From an uncultured bacterium (lineage in GTDB: Bacteria > Verrucomicrobiota > Verrucomicrobiia > Verrucomicrobiales > DEV007): DNA of 64,000 nucleotides. The notes beneath the pieces were generated by a model, which did not search any database, was not told where the DNA came from, and was given only the letters and a program-made list of their open reading frames with translations. The DNA is taken from positions 1 to 64,000 of the forward strand of contig CAXBMO010000020.1 in the NCBI GenBank assembly GCA_963977015.1, in the 5' to 3' direction. The stretch's first letter is position 1; each line of letters starts with the position of its first letter. This document shows positions 19,924 to 29,376 of the stretch, piece by piece. A program made the position numbers and the translations under genes.

Positions 19924-20064
19924 GTTTCGCTCGGATGACATCCGTGTCAATGGCGACGTCACTGCTGCGTTTCAGAAACCGGATCAATCCCCGGCTGGTC
20001 CATTGCCCCTAACATTAACGCCAGCTTTATAGTTTGACATTATTGATAATCATTCAAGAATTCC

Positions 20065-20538
20065 ATGATGATGCGCAATGTAGAGATCTACTTTGACGAT
20101 CCTTTCTCCAAGCGACCGATCAGCGACGACAACCTGAAGGCTTACTCGGCCCTTCACATCGAGCTGTTGATCATGAATGGTCGTTTTGAAACGATTGCCA
20201 CGAAGACGAAAGCGCTTCACCAAGGCTATTTTGGGCCAGGAAACGAGACGACGCGGGCCGAGTTGACCGCACAACTCACGAAAAACATCCTCGCTGTCGC
20301 CCTGGAAGTCTCGGATGCTTCCGACCCGGAAAAAGCGGAAGCGATAAGCTTATTTCCCCAACATTTGTTGGAACCGAAAAAGCGTTTCGGAATTCGAGGT
20401 GCGGAAACGGACTTGGCAGTTCTCAATGTGATGAGCCCTGCGTTGGCTGCCTTGCCGAGGTCCAAAAATAGCGCAATCGCCACAGGTATCGCTGAAGATT
20501 CTAACGAAGAGGAATCAACTTCTCCGTTGAGCAGCTAG
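20065..20538 (+). CDS. Hypothetical protein
   Basis: 157-aa ORF after an AT-rich promoter-like region containing TTGACA. Confidence 0.65.
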   Translation: MMMRNVEIYFDDPFSKRPISDDNLKAYSALHIELLIMNGRFETIATKTKALHQGYFGPGNETTRAELTAQLTKNILAVALEVSDASDPEKAEAISLFPQHLLEPKKRFGIRGAETDLAVLNVMSPALAALPRSKNSAIATGIAEDSNEEESTSPLSS

Positions 20539-20568
20539 CGCCGCGCTTCAGAGCCAATGGCGGTGCCA

Positions 20569-21003
20569 TTAGCCGCCTTTTCGCATCGAATCGAGAAACG
20601 TCGCCAGGTCAATGAGGTCCGAGATGGTCAACACTGCGTTGAAATTTGGCATCGGCGTTTCCTGAGAGCCTTTTTCGTCACCGGCCTGAATCATGATGGC
20701 TTGATACTGCGGAGAAACGACGTGTTCGGGATTGAGAATGGCCCGTCCAAATTCATCGCGATCCCAGAGGGTGTGGGTATCGCCTCCCAAATGGATTTTC
20801 AACTTGGCGGGAAGGTCGAAATCCGGGAGTTCGCGACCTTCCAAGGTGTGGCAGCGGTAGCATCGCTGCTCCAGAAAAATGCTTTCTCCATTGGCCGAAT
20901 CTCCCGGCGGAATCATCGGACGAGAAGCCCCGTCTTGACCCAACACATTGCCGAGCGAAGTCAGAACCAAGCTCAACGAGAACAGCCAAAAGGATTTTTT
21001 CAT
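20569..21003 (-). CDS. Monoheme c-type cytochrome, exported
   Basis: Signal peptide, GESIF...CYRCH, distal PMPNF Met ligand. Confidence 0.88.
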   Translation of the reverse strand: MKKSFWLFSLSLVLTSLGNVLGQDGASRPMIPPGDSANGESIFLEQRCYRCHTLEGRELPDFDLPAKLKIHLGGDTHTLWDRDEFGRAILNPEHVVSPQYQAIMIQAGDEKGSQETPMPNFNAVLTISDLIDLATFLDSMRKGG

Positions 21004-21065
21004 GGTTCGTAACATAGTGCCGGATCCGGGGACTTGCATCTCAAGGCTTGGCGAGCGATGCGCGT

Positions 21066-23744
21066 TTATTGACCCGTTTTCTCGGCAATCTGGAGCCAGT
21101 TGACGCACGTGTTGGAATTCGCTTTGCCGGACCCTATCTCCAGGGTCAACCGGCCATCCGACACCTGAACCTCGACCGTTTTCTCCGCGAATTGTCCGCT
21201 CTGCGTGGTTTCGCCCGACCACAACTCGACACCTTCGATCGCGGCGGCCTGGTGCAACTGCTCATGCCCGGAGTCCCCGATGCACAGCGTCACTTGATAG
21301 GTTCCGTTCGCAATCGCGAGCTCCCAGGTGTCCCGACCTCGCGTGAAGAGAAAGCTATCACTCGGACCATCGATCGCGTTCCGAACCCGCCGATTCTTCC
21401 GGAGATCACGCTTCCAGCCAAAACCGCGACTTTCGTCGAAAACGGCACCGTGTTCTTGAATCGGTGAACCCGGCTTCGACGTCTCGACACCGCCAAAATC
21501 AAAGAATCGAGCATCGTTCACGACCTCGGCAATTCCGTCGGATTCCGGCGTGAGCGGAGGCTCTTGAATGGCAAACACGATCGGTTGATTCGGCGTGAAC
21601 AGGAGCGCGTCCTCGCGATCGGGAATCCCGTCGCCATCCGCATCTTCGGAATCCCGCCGTGGGAACGCGGGAAGCTGCAGCGTTTTGACAAACTCCCACA
21701 TCTTTTGACAAACGTCCCCGCGCGCCGCGCCGTGCGGCACTTCGAGCCGAACCTGGATACTGGGAAACAATTCCGAGAATCGATCAACCAGCGAGCGAAC
21801 CCATACCTCGTCAGCCGCAACATCCGCCTGAAAATCGACTTCCAGGCTTTCCGTTCCGACCAATCCCAAGGCCGCCAACCGATGAATCGCCACCGAGTTT
21901 GGATGATCAGCCGGCAAGTCGCGGAACGGCCACAATCCCACCGGAACGCCATCGTTCCCTCCCCCGCAGAGCGCGTCGCGAACCCTCTCAAGATGCTCGC
22001 GATGATACGGAATCGAACGCGGCTCCACGACTTCGCGCAAGGCGACCGCAGCCGTCGCTCCCGCCGCCTGACCAATGTGAATCCGCTGATCATGAAGCCG
22101 AATCGCCGCGCTCACGATGCTACTGAACCCGACATTGCCCTGGGCACCGATCAACCCATCCATCGATTCCGGAATCAAACTGCGCAGGGGAAATACACAA
22201 CGATCGCTGATGAACTTGGTGTGCCGGTTCGGCTTGTGATAGTCGATCCACGGCCCTGTCGCCCCTTCCGCCGCGAGATAGGTGCGGCCGGTGCGATGAA
22301 AGTCGTAGTGAAACTGCCACGCAAAAAGTCCGTCCGGATACATGACCTCCGAAAAGCGGGGTTTCGCACCCTTTTTGGTCTTGCTGTCGCGATTCCGTCC
22401 GTCCTGCTCGCGCATCATGTACATCGCTTTGAGGCGAAGCGATTCCCGAATGTAAGGCTTGGGCGGAAGATCATCCGGGGTGCCGAATTCCCTGCTCAGG
22501 TGAAAGTTCCGAAAGCTGTTCACCTTATCCGGCGCCCGCTCGTGAACGAAATTCTGCAGGTGATGGAGCACGCCGAGTGAATGGCGCTTGGCGTCGTTGA
22601 AGATGATCTGCCGTTGTTTCCGCGTCATCGCGACAATGTTTTTTCGCGACGCTCCCGGTTCGGTCGCTTCCAGCGCATCGCCCACGGTTTGCGGCAACCG
22701 CTCCAGCGGATAGTCCTGACCGTTCATGTAGTTCAGCAGAATGGAAGTCTTCCCGTCCCTGCTCGAATAGCCATCCACAATGCGGCGAACCGAATAGACG
22801 CTCAGTTGCCGGCTCGAAGCCTGGTTCGCGGCCGGCCACGCCGCAATGCTGCCAACTCCCGGTTTGGCGATATCCCATTTCAACTCGCCAAAGGCTTCTC
22901 TGCTGAACGGCGTTGCCCGCGGGTAATTGCGATCGTCGAAGCGTTCCGGCTTCGAAATCGGCGTTTCCCCTTCGGACTCCGCCACGATCATGGCCCAGGT
23001 AATCGGGTTCATCTCGTTCTCAGGATATTCGGTAGGAGCGCTCGCTTCTCCGTAGCGTGAACTCGGATCGGGTCCGCATTCATACGCGGCGCCGGAAACC
23101 TGAACCACATCGCCCCAGTCCGACGCGTCGATCGTCAGTTTTGCCACCACGCGAAGATCCGGCTCGCCGGATTCGGCTGTCTGAAGATCAATCGGCGCGA
23201 AGGTCACGCTTCGCAATTTCGGATGCTTGGTGTCGGTTTTCAGCACTTCAGCAGAAACCGGATACCGCTTCCAAATCACCCGAATTTGGCCGGAATCCAG
23301 GTAGGGCTGAATCAGGGCGCGAAACGCGGCTTCCGCTTCGGCCGGCCGAAAGGTCGAAGGACCGTGCCACGGTTTTCCCGGCATGGGAGATCCATAGTTC
23401 TCCGTGTTCTGCGCCTCGATCCGGTCCATCAATTCCTTAAACAATCCACTGCGATGAAACGCCCGTTTCATGGGATGCCAGTCCACGCCCCAGCCGACAT
23501 TGTCCATCCCCTTGTTCTCGTCAACACAGGCGAGCGCCTGCTCCGTGTATTGGCCACCGAACCATTCGCCATCGTGGACGATGAGAATCGAATCGACGCC
23601 GAGTCGCGCCGCTTGAATCGCCGCGGCCCAACCGGATTCGGTGGCGCCAACGACGAGGATGTCCGGGTTTACGGTCTCGACCTCTGCCTTCGACAACGTC
23701 AGAGACCAGCTGGTTAGCACCACCAGCAGGATCAGGGTTTTCAT
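21066..23744 (-). CDS. Exported FAD-dependent oxidoreductase with SLH-like and carbohydrate-binding C-terminal domains
   Basis: DILVVGATESGWAAAIQAAR, TIDASDWGD, PYIRESLRL, HIGQAAG; C-terminal GTYQVTLCIGD beta-sandwich. Confidence 0.85.
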   Translation of the reverse strand: MKTLILLVVLTSWSLTLSKAEVETVNPDILVVGATESGWAAAIQAARLGVDSILIVHDGEWFGGQYTEQALACVDENKGMDNVGWGVDWHPMKRAFHRSGLFKELMDRIEAQNTENYGSPMPGKPWHGPSTFRPAEAEAAFRALIQPYLDSGQIRVIWKRYPVSAEVLKTDTKHPKLRSVTFAPIDLQTAESGEPDLRVVAKLTIDASDWGDVVQVSGAAYECGPDPSSRYGEASAPTEYPENEMNPITWAMIVAESEGETPISKPERFDDRNYPRATPFSREAFGELKWDIAKPGVGSIAAWPAANQASSRQLSVYSVRRIVDGYSSRDGKTSILLNYMNGQDYPLERLPQTVGDALEATEPGASRKNIVAMTRKQRQIIFNDAKRHSLGVLHHLQNFVHERAPDKVNSFRNFHLSREFGTPDDLPPKPYIRESLRLKAMYMMREQDGRNRDSKTKKGAKPRFSEVMYPDGLFAWQFHYDFHRTGRTYLAAEGATGPWIDYHKPNRHTKFISDRCVFPLRSLIPESMDGLIGAQGNVGFSSIVSAAIRLHDQRIHIGQAAGATAAVALREVVEPRSIPYHREHLERVRDALCGGGNDGVPVGLWPFRDLPADHPNSVAIHRLAALGLVGTESLEVDFQADVAADEVWVRSLVDRFSELFPSIQVRLEVPHGAARGDVCQKMWEFVKTLQLPAFPRRDSEDADGDGIPDREDALLFTPNQPIVFAIQEPPLTPESDGIAEVVNDARFFDFGGVETSKPGSPIQEHGAVFDESRGFGWKRDLRKNRRVRNAIDGPSDSFLFTRGRDTWELAIANGTYQVTLCIGDSGHEQLHQAAAIEGVELWSGETTQSGQFAEKTVEVQVSDGRLTLEIGSGKANSNTCVNWLQIAEKTGQ

Positions 23745-23763
23745 GGGGTTTTTGGGGTTGCGT

Positions 23764-24831
23764 CTAGAACTTCACGCCGAAGTCGTCGCCTTCGAGAATG
23801 GACTGACAGAAATTCGCCAACAAGTCGATCGTCATTTCCACATCCTTCAAATCCGCGACCTCGACAACGCTGTGCATGTAGCGCAACGGCAGGGAAACCA
23901 ACGCGGTGGGAATCCCTTCGCGAATCGGGTAAATCTTGTCGGCGTCCGTCCCGGTAAATCGCGAGGCGGATTCGTGCTGAATCGGGATTTTGGAGGTTTC
24001 CCCAACTTCAATGAGCCGCTTCACGACGTTGACATGGTTCGCAGCACCATGCGTCAACGTCGGTCCGCCACCGAGCTTCACCTCACCATGTTGGGATTGC
24101 TGAATATCGGGGCTGTCGGTCGCGTGAGTCACATCCAACACCACACAAATGTCGGGCATGATGCGGTGCGCCGTCATCATCGCTCCCATCCCGCCGATTT
24201 CCTCATGAACACAGTTCGCCGCGTAAATCGTCGCCGCCGGTTTATCCTGGGAAAGCCGCTGCATCACTTCGGCGATGATGAATCCGCCAATCCGGTTGTC
24301 GAGCGCCCGGCCCACGATCTTGCCCTTCCCAAATTCCTCAGCCGCATCCTGATACACGGCGGGATGGCCGACGCGAAGCCCCAACTTCGCAACTTCCTTG
24401 GCGCTGTTCGCTCCCACGTCGATGTAAAGTTCGTGAACTTCGGGAGCCTTCTCGCCGTTCTTGCGGTCACGAATGTGAATCGCGGTATTCCCGATCAGGC
24501 CGGAAACATCGCCCTTGTCGCCGAGAATCGTGACCCGCCGACCCCGCGCCGTCGCGTGATCCACTCCGCCCACACGATCCACCCGCAGATAGCCCTCGCT
24601 CGAAATGTGCTTGATGATGAAACCGATTTCATCGGCGTGCGCTTCCAGCATCACCTTGGGGCCTCCGCTGCCCTGAATCACGCTCCACGCGTTGCCGTAG
24701 GCGTCGTGATCGACTTCATCCGAAAACTTGCGAACGTAATCCGTCCAGATTTTTTGCCCCCGCGTTTCCCAGCCCGTCGGACTGGGCGTGCTGAGGAGAT
24801 CGAAGAGGAAGGATTTTTCAGCTTTGTTCAT
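23764..24831 (-). CDS. M42 family metallo-aminopeptidase
   Basis: SPTGWE, AHADEIG, ALDNRIG, HEEIG, GTDAD, LRYMHS. Confidence 0.93.
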   Translation of the reverse strand: MNKAEKSFLFDLLSTPSPTGWETRGQKIWTDYVRKFSDEVDHDAYGNAWSVIQGSGGPKVMLEAHADEIGFIIKHISSEGYLRVDRVGGVDHATARGRRVTILGDKGDVSGLIGNTAIHIRDRKNGEKAPEVHELYIDVGANSAKEVAKLGLRVGHPAVYQDAAEEFGKGKIVGRALDNRIGGFIIAEVMQRLSQDKPAATIYAANCVHEEIGGMGAMMTAHRIMPDICVVLDVTHATDSPDIQQSQHGEVKLGGGPTLTHGAANHVNVVKRLIEVGETSKIPIQHESASRFTGTDADKIYPIREGIPTALVSLPLRYMHSVVEVADLKDVEMTIDLLANFCQSILEGDDFGVKF

Positions 24832-24940
24832 CCCTCCTCATTTAGCGAGCTTACCTCGCCCCGCCAGTCTATTTTGCGGCGGGGCGAAGGATAAATGAGC
24901 TCGCGCGAGGTCCGAAAGACCCCGGCTGTCACGATGAAGC

Positions 24941-25429
24941 CTATTCTTCGACCGTGATCGTGATCACTTCCGAGAAGACCGGAGGATCGTGGGGAACGTG
25001 AGTCCAGTTGCCGAGAATGAGCTGCAAGGTGTGTTTTCCGGGAGGAAGCGTCAGCGTGGTTTCGGTCTGGCCACCACCAAAGTGGATATGCTTTTCATCC
25101 GCAGGAAGCGGAATATTCATCGCGATCAACTTGGTCACGTCGGTGTCGACCAAGAGGTGATGATGTCCGGTAGGCTTATCGGCAAAATGGACGCCGGCAG
25201 GAGCGACTCCCATGCCTTTAAGTCCAAAAACGACGGTGAATTCTCCTTTCACGGTGTCGCCATCTTTGGGAGTCACGATGTAGGCTTTCGCGCCTTCCGC
25301 AGAAGGGGTGATCATGGGGCCGGGAGCTGCTGCGGCGGCGGGAGCGTGGGCTGCTTTTTTGTCCTCAGCAAAGCCCGAGGCCATTACCGCAACGGTGATC
25401 GATAAAAGGGTAAGAATGGATTTTTTCAT
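24941..25429 (-). CDS. DUF4399 domain protein, exported
   Basis: FGLKGMGVAPAG, GHHHLLVD, HFGGGQTE, PGKHTLQL. Confidence 0.88.
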   Translation of the reverse strand: MKKSILTLLSITVAVMASGFAEDKKAAHAPAAAAAPGPMITPSAEGAKAYIVTPKDGDTVKGEFTVVFGLKGMGVAPAGVHFADKPTGHHHLLVDTDVTKLIAMNIPLPADEKHIHFGGGQTETTLTLPPGKHTLQLILGNWTHVPHDPPVFSEVITITVEE

Positions 25430-25632
25430 GATAGTCGATTGAGATTACAAGTTGTGGTTGCGGGCGCAACCCACGTTTTCGGGAATCGGGTGGGGTTAGG
25501 ACTCCCATGAAAGTATCCCGAAAGCCCCGAAGTTGGACATCAAAACCGCCACACCGTCGAAAAAACCGCCCCTTCGATTGTCGGTGCCTGTTTTGGCTTT
25601 ACTCGTGCACGGTATTCGCAAGATTGCCCACC

Positions 25633-26382
25633 ATGAGTCAGAAAAACCTCTTTGCTGTTGTCGCCGGTGTCGTCACCCTCGCGGTTTCCGGAACTGCCGT
25701 TGCCCAGGACGGCTGGGTTTCCCTCTTCGACGGAAAATCGATCGGAACGGAATGGGACATCAAAAGCGGATTTGCGACCTACCGGGTTCAGGATGGGGCG
25801 ATCGTTGGGAAAACCGCCGAAGGCAGCGGAAACACCTTTCTCTGCACCAAGAAGGAATACGGCGATTTCGAGTTGGAATTCGAAGTAAAGGTCGATGACG
25901 CGCTCAATTCCGGCGTCCAGATCCGCTCCAAGCTCAAGTCCGTCGATCACAAAGGAAAGACCACCGGTTATGGCGGTCGCGTTTACGGCCCACAAGTGGA
26001 GTTGGAAGCAAGCCCGGGCCAGGCTGGATTCATCTATGGTGAGGCGACCGGGCTGGGCTGGCTTTCTCCGGAACCCGGCGTGCCTGCGGGATCCTGGATC
26101 ATCAAGCCGGACGGCAGCGTTTCCGTCGTTTCTGAAGGGACCAAACTCGAAGTCGCCCACACCCACATGAAAAACGGTGCGTGGAACAAAATCCGGATCG
26201 TCGCCAAGGGCCCGCAGATCCAAACCTGGATCAATGGCAACATGGTCGCGGATTTGACCCAGGAAGAGATCTACAAGGAGCACAAGAAAGGGATCATCGG
26301 CCTTCAGGTTCACGGCATCAAAAAAGGAACCGGCCCCTACGAAGTCGCGTGGCGCAATCTCCGTATCAAGGAGACCAAGTAA
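25633..26382 (+). CDS. DUF1080 (3-keto-disaccharide hydrolase-like) protein
   Basis: GWVSLFDGK, YGDFELEFE, NSGVQIRS, GIIGLQVH, WRNLRIKE. Confidence 0.9.
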   Translation: MSQKNLFAVVAGVVTLAVSGTAVAQDGWVSLFDGKSIGTEWDIKSGFATYRVQDGAIVGKTAEGSGNTFLCTKKEYGDFELEFEVKVDDALNSGVQIRSKLKSVDHKGKTTGYGGRVYGPQVELEASPGQAGFIYGEATGLGWLSPEPGVPAGSWIIKPDGSVSVVSEGTKLEVAHTHMKNGAWNKIRIVAKGPQIQTWINGNMVADLTQEEIYKEHKKGIIGLQVHGIKKGTGPYEVAWRNLRIKETK

Positions 26383-26420
26383 CCTCGGTAGAAAGCGGAA
26401 CGACAACCTGACACCTCCCC

Positions 26421-27377
<957 letters not shown>

Positions 27378-27387
27378 ACCGAGCGAC

Positions 27388-27633
27388 CTACGGAATCTCG
27401 TATTCCTTTTTGAAGGAATCGATTTCCTGAAGGAGTTGCTCCGCCATTTTCTCGTGATTCGCGCGTTTGAAGATGCTCGCAAGCACCTCGCGCTCCTCGT
27501 CATCAATCACGTGGTCTTCCAGCGCGAGCTTCTCCAGCATGTGAAGTTCTTCCTCCGAGATCGTGTCATCATTGGCAAAAATGACCAGAAAGGAGTAACC
27601 GATTAATTGCTTTGCTTTGGATGTTGGGGTCAT
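27388..27633 (-). CDS. Small acidic TerB-like protein
   Basis: Two ANDDTISEEE / EDHVIDDEE motifs in 81 aa. Confidence 0.6.
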   Translation of the reverse strand: MTPTSKAKQLIGYSFLVIFANDDTISEEELHMLEKLALEDHVIDDEEREVLASIFKRANHEKMAEQLLQEIDSFKKEYEIP

Positions 27634-27769
27634 AGCACAAACTTCACTCTGGTTCAGGCCGCCGCCGTGCACCAATCGCCAACTGTGAAGCAAACGTTGC
27701 AATTTTCGCTTTTCCACATCTAGGTGCGCACCGTAGTTGGCACTTATCTTGCTACGTCAGGACGTGCCT

Positions 27770-29203
27770 ATGGAACCCACCCGCAATTACTATCGCCACA
27801 CCAAAATCGTGGCCACGCTCGGACCGTCGACCGATAGTCCCGAGATTCTGGAAAAGATCATTGCGGAAGGCGTCGATTTGGTGCGCCTCAACATGGCCCA
27901 CGCAACGCCGGAATGGACACTCGACCGGGTCACCCGAATTCGCGAGGCCTCGAAGCGGGTTGGGCGTCAAGTTGCGGTGATGATGGACGTGAAAGGGCCG
28001 GAAATCCGGACCGGTCCCGTCGAAGAGCCAATCCCCCTCAACCCGGGCGACCGCATCACGTTTTACACGAGGGGCGCAACGCCGCCGTCCAACGGGCTGG
28101 GCGTTGACGTCAACTATCCGCGCTTTCCCGACGACGTCGAACTCGGCAAGGTCGTCCTCGTCGACAGCGGGCTCATTCGCTTGAAACCGATCTCCAAAGA
28201 TCAGGAGCACGTCCTGTTCGAGGTCATCGTCGGCGGAATGCTCGGTTCCCGCCGCCACATCAACCTTCCCGGCGTCAAAGTGAACCTCCCGGCGTTGACG
28301 GAAAAGGACGAAGTGGACCTCAAAGCCGGCATCGAGGCGGGAATTGATTTCGTCGCCCTTTCCTTCGTCCGCGAGGGAGCTGACATTCGCGAACTGCGCG
28401 AATTTTTGCAGCAAAATGGTTCCCGCGCACGAATCGTCGCAAAGATTGAAGACCAGACTGGCGTTCGCAACCTGACGGACATCGTCAAGGAGTCCGATGG
28501 AATCATGGTCGCGCGCGGCGATCTCGGAATCGAGATCGACTATCACAGGCTCCCCATCGTCCAGCGCGAAATCGTCAAGCAATGCCGGGTCGAAGGCAAG
28601 CCCGTCATCATCGCGACCCATCTGCTGGAAAGCATGATCGACTCGCCCGTCCCCACCCGCGCGGAAATCTCCGACGTCTCCAACGCCATTCGCGAGCAGG
28701 CCGACGCCGTGATGCTTTCCGGCGAAACCACCACCGGCAACTTTCCGCTCGAAAGCATCGACGTCCTCAAAAACATCATCCATTCGATCGAACCGACCGT
28801 CAATTTTGAGCTCAACAAGGACATCATCCTCCACAAACCCAAGTCAAAGATGCTGCGTTCCGCCGTCGTCCTCGCCCAGGAACTTGGAGAGGATTCCGGC
28901 ATTGTCGTCTTCACTCGTTCCGGATTTCTGGGATACGTTCTGGGCGCAATACGCGGTCGAGGGGTGCCCATTTTTGCCTTTACCGATGACGAAACCGTCT
29001 TTCGCCATCTCCTCTTTCCCTGGGGCGTTGAGCCCTTCTTCATGGATTTCAACGACGGTGACCCAGAGCAAACCATCCAGGATGCGCTCACCAAGCTGAA
29101 GGAGAAAAACTGGTGCAAATCCGGCTCCACCCAAATCGTCATCACCAACGTCCTCGCTGGCGACCAGATCATCGACTCGTTGCAGTTGCGCCAAATCGAC
29201 TAG
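27770..29203 (+). CDS. pyk: Pyruvate kinase
   Basis: TKIVATLGP, RLNMAH, KGPEIRT, AKIE, MVARGDLG, PTRAEISDV, DAVMLSGET. Confidence 0.97.
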   Translation: MEPTRNYYRHTKIVATLGPSTDSPEILEKIIAEGVDLVRLNMAHATPEWTLDRVTRIREASKRVGRQVAVMMDVKGPEIRTGPVEEPIPLNPGDRITFYTRGATPPSNGLGVDVNYPRFPDDVELGKVVLVDSGLIRLKPISKDQEHVLFEVIVGGMLGSRRHINLPGVKVNLPALTEKDEVDLKAGIEAGIDFVALSFVREGADIRELREFLQQNGSRARIVAKIEDQTGVRNLTDIVKESDGIMVARGDLGIEIDYHRLPIVQREIVKQCRVEGKPVIIATHLLESMIDSPVPTRAEISDVSNAIREQADAVMLSGETTTGNFPLESIDVLKNIIHSIEPTVNFELNKDIILHKPKSKMLRSAVVLAQELGEDSGIVVFTRSGFLGYVLGAIRGRGVPIFAFTDDETVFRHLLFPWGVEPFFMDFNDGDPEQTIQDALTKLKEKNWCKSGSTQIVITNVLAGDQIIDSLQLRQID

Positions 29204-29376
29204 ACTAGGTGTGCTCTACCGCCAACCGAGGTGCTGCAAGCTCAGGCAGAGCGGGAAGATCTGCGCCCATTCAGGATTGGGTTCCACAAAATCGCCGATA
29301 ATCGACTGGACTTTCAAGAAAATGTGCTAGGCTGTGTTAGGAACGTTGTTCTAACGAACGGCAAACAGGGCTAGAC

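Noticed and set aside
23641-24894. 417-aa plus-strand ORF
   Set aside because: Antisense shadow of the M42 peptidase
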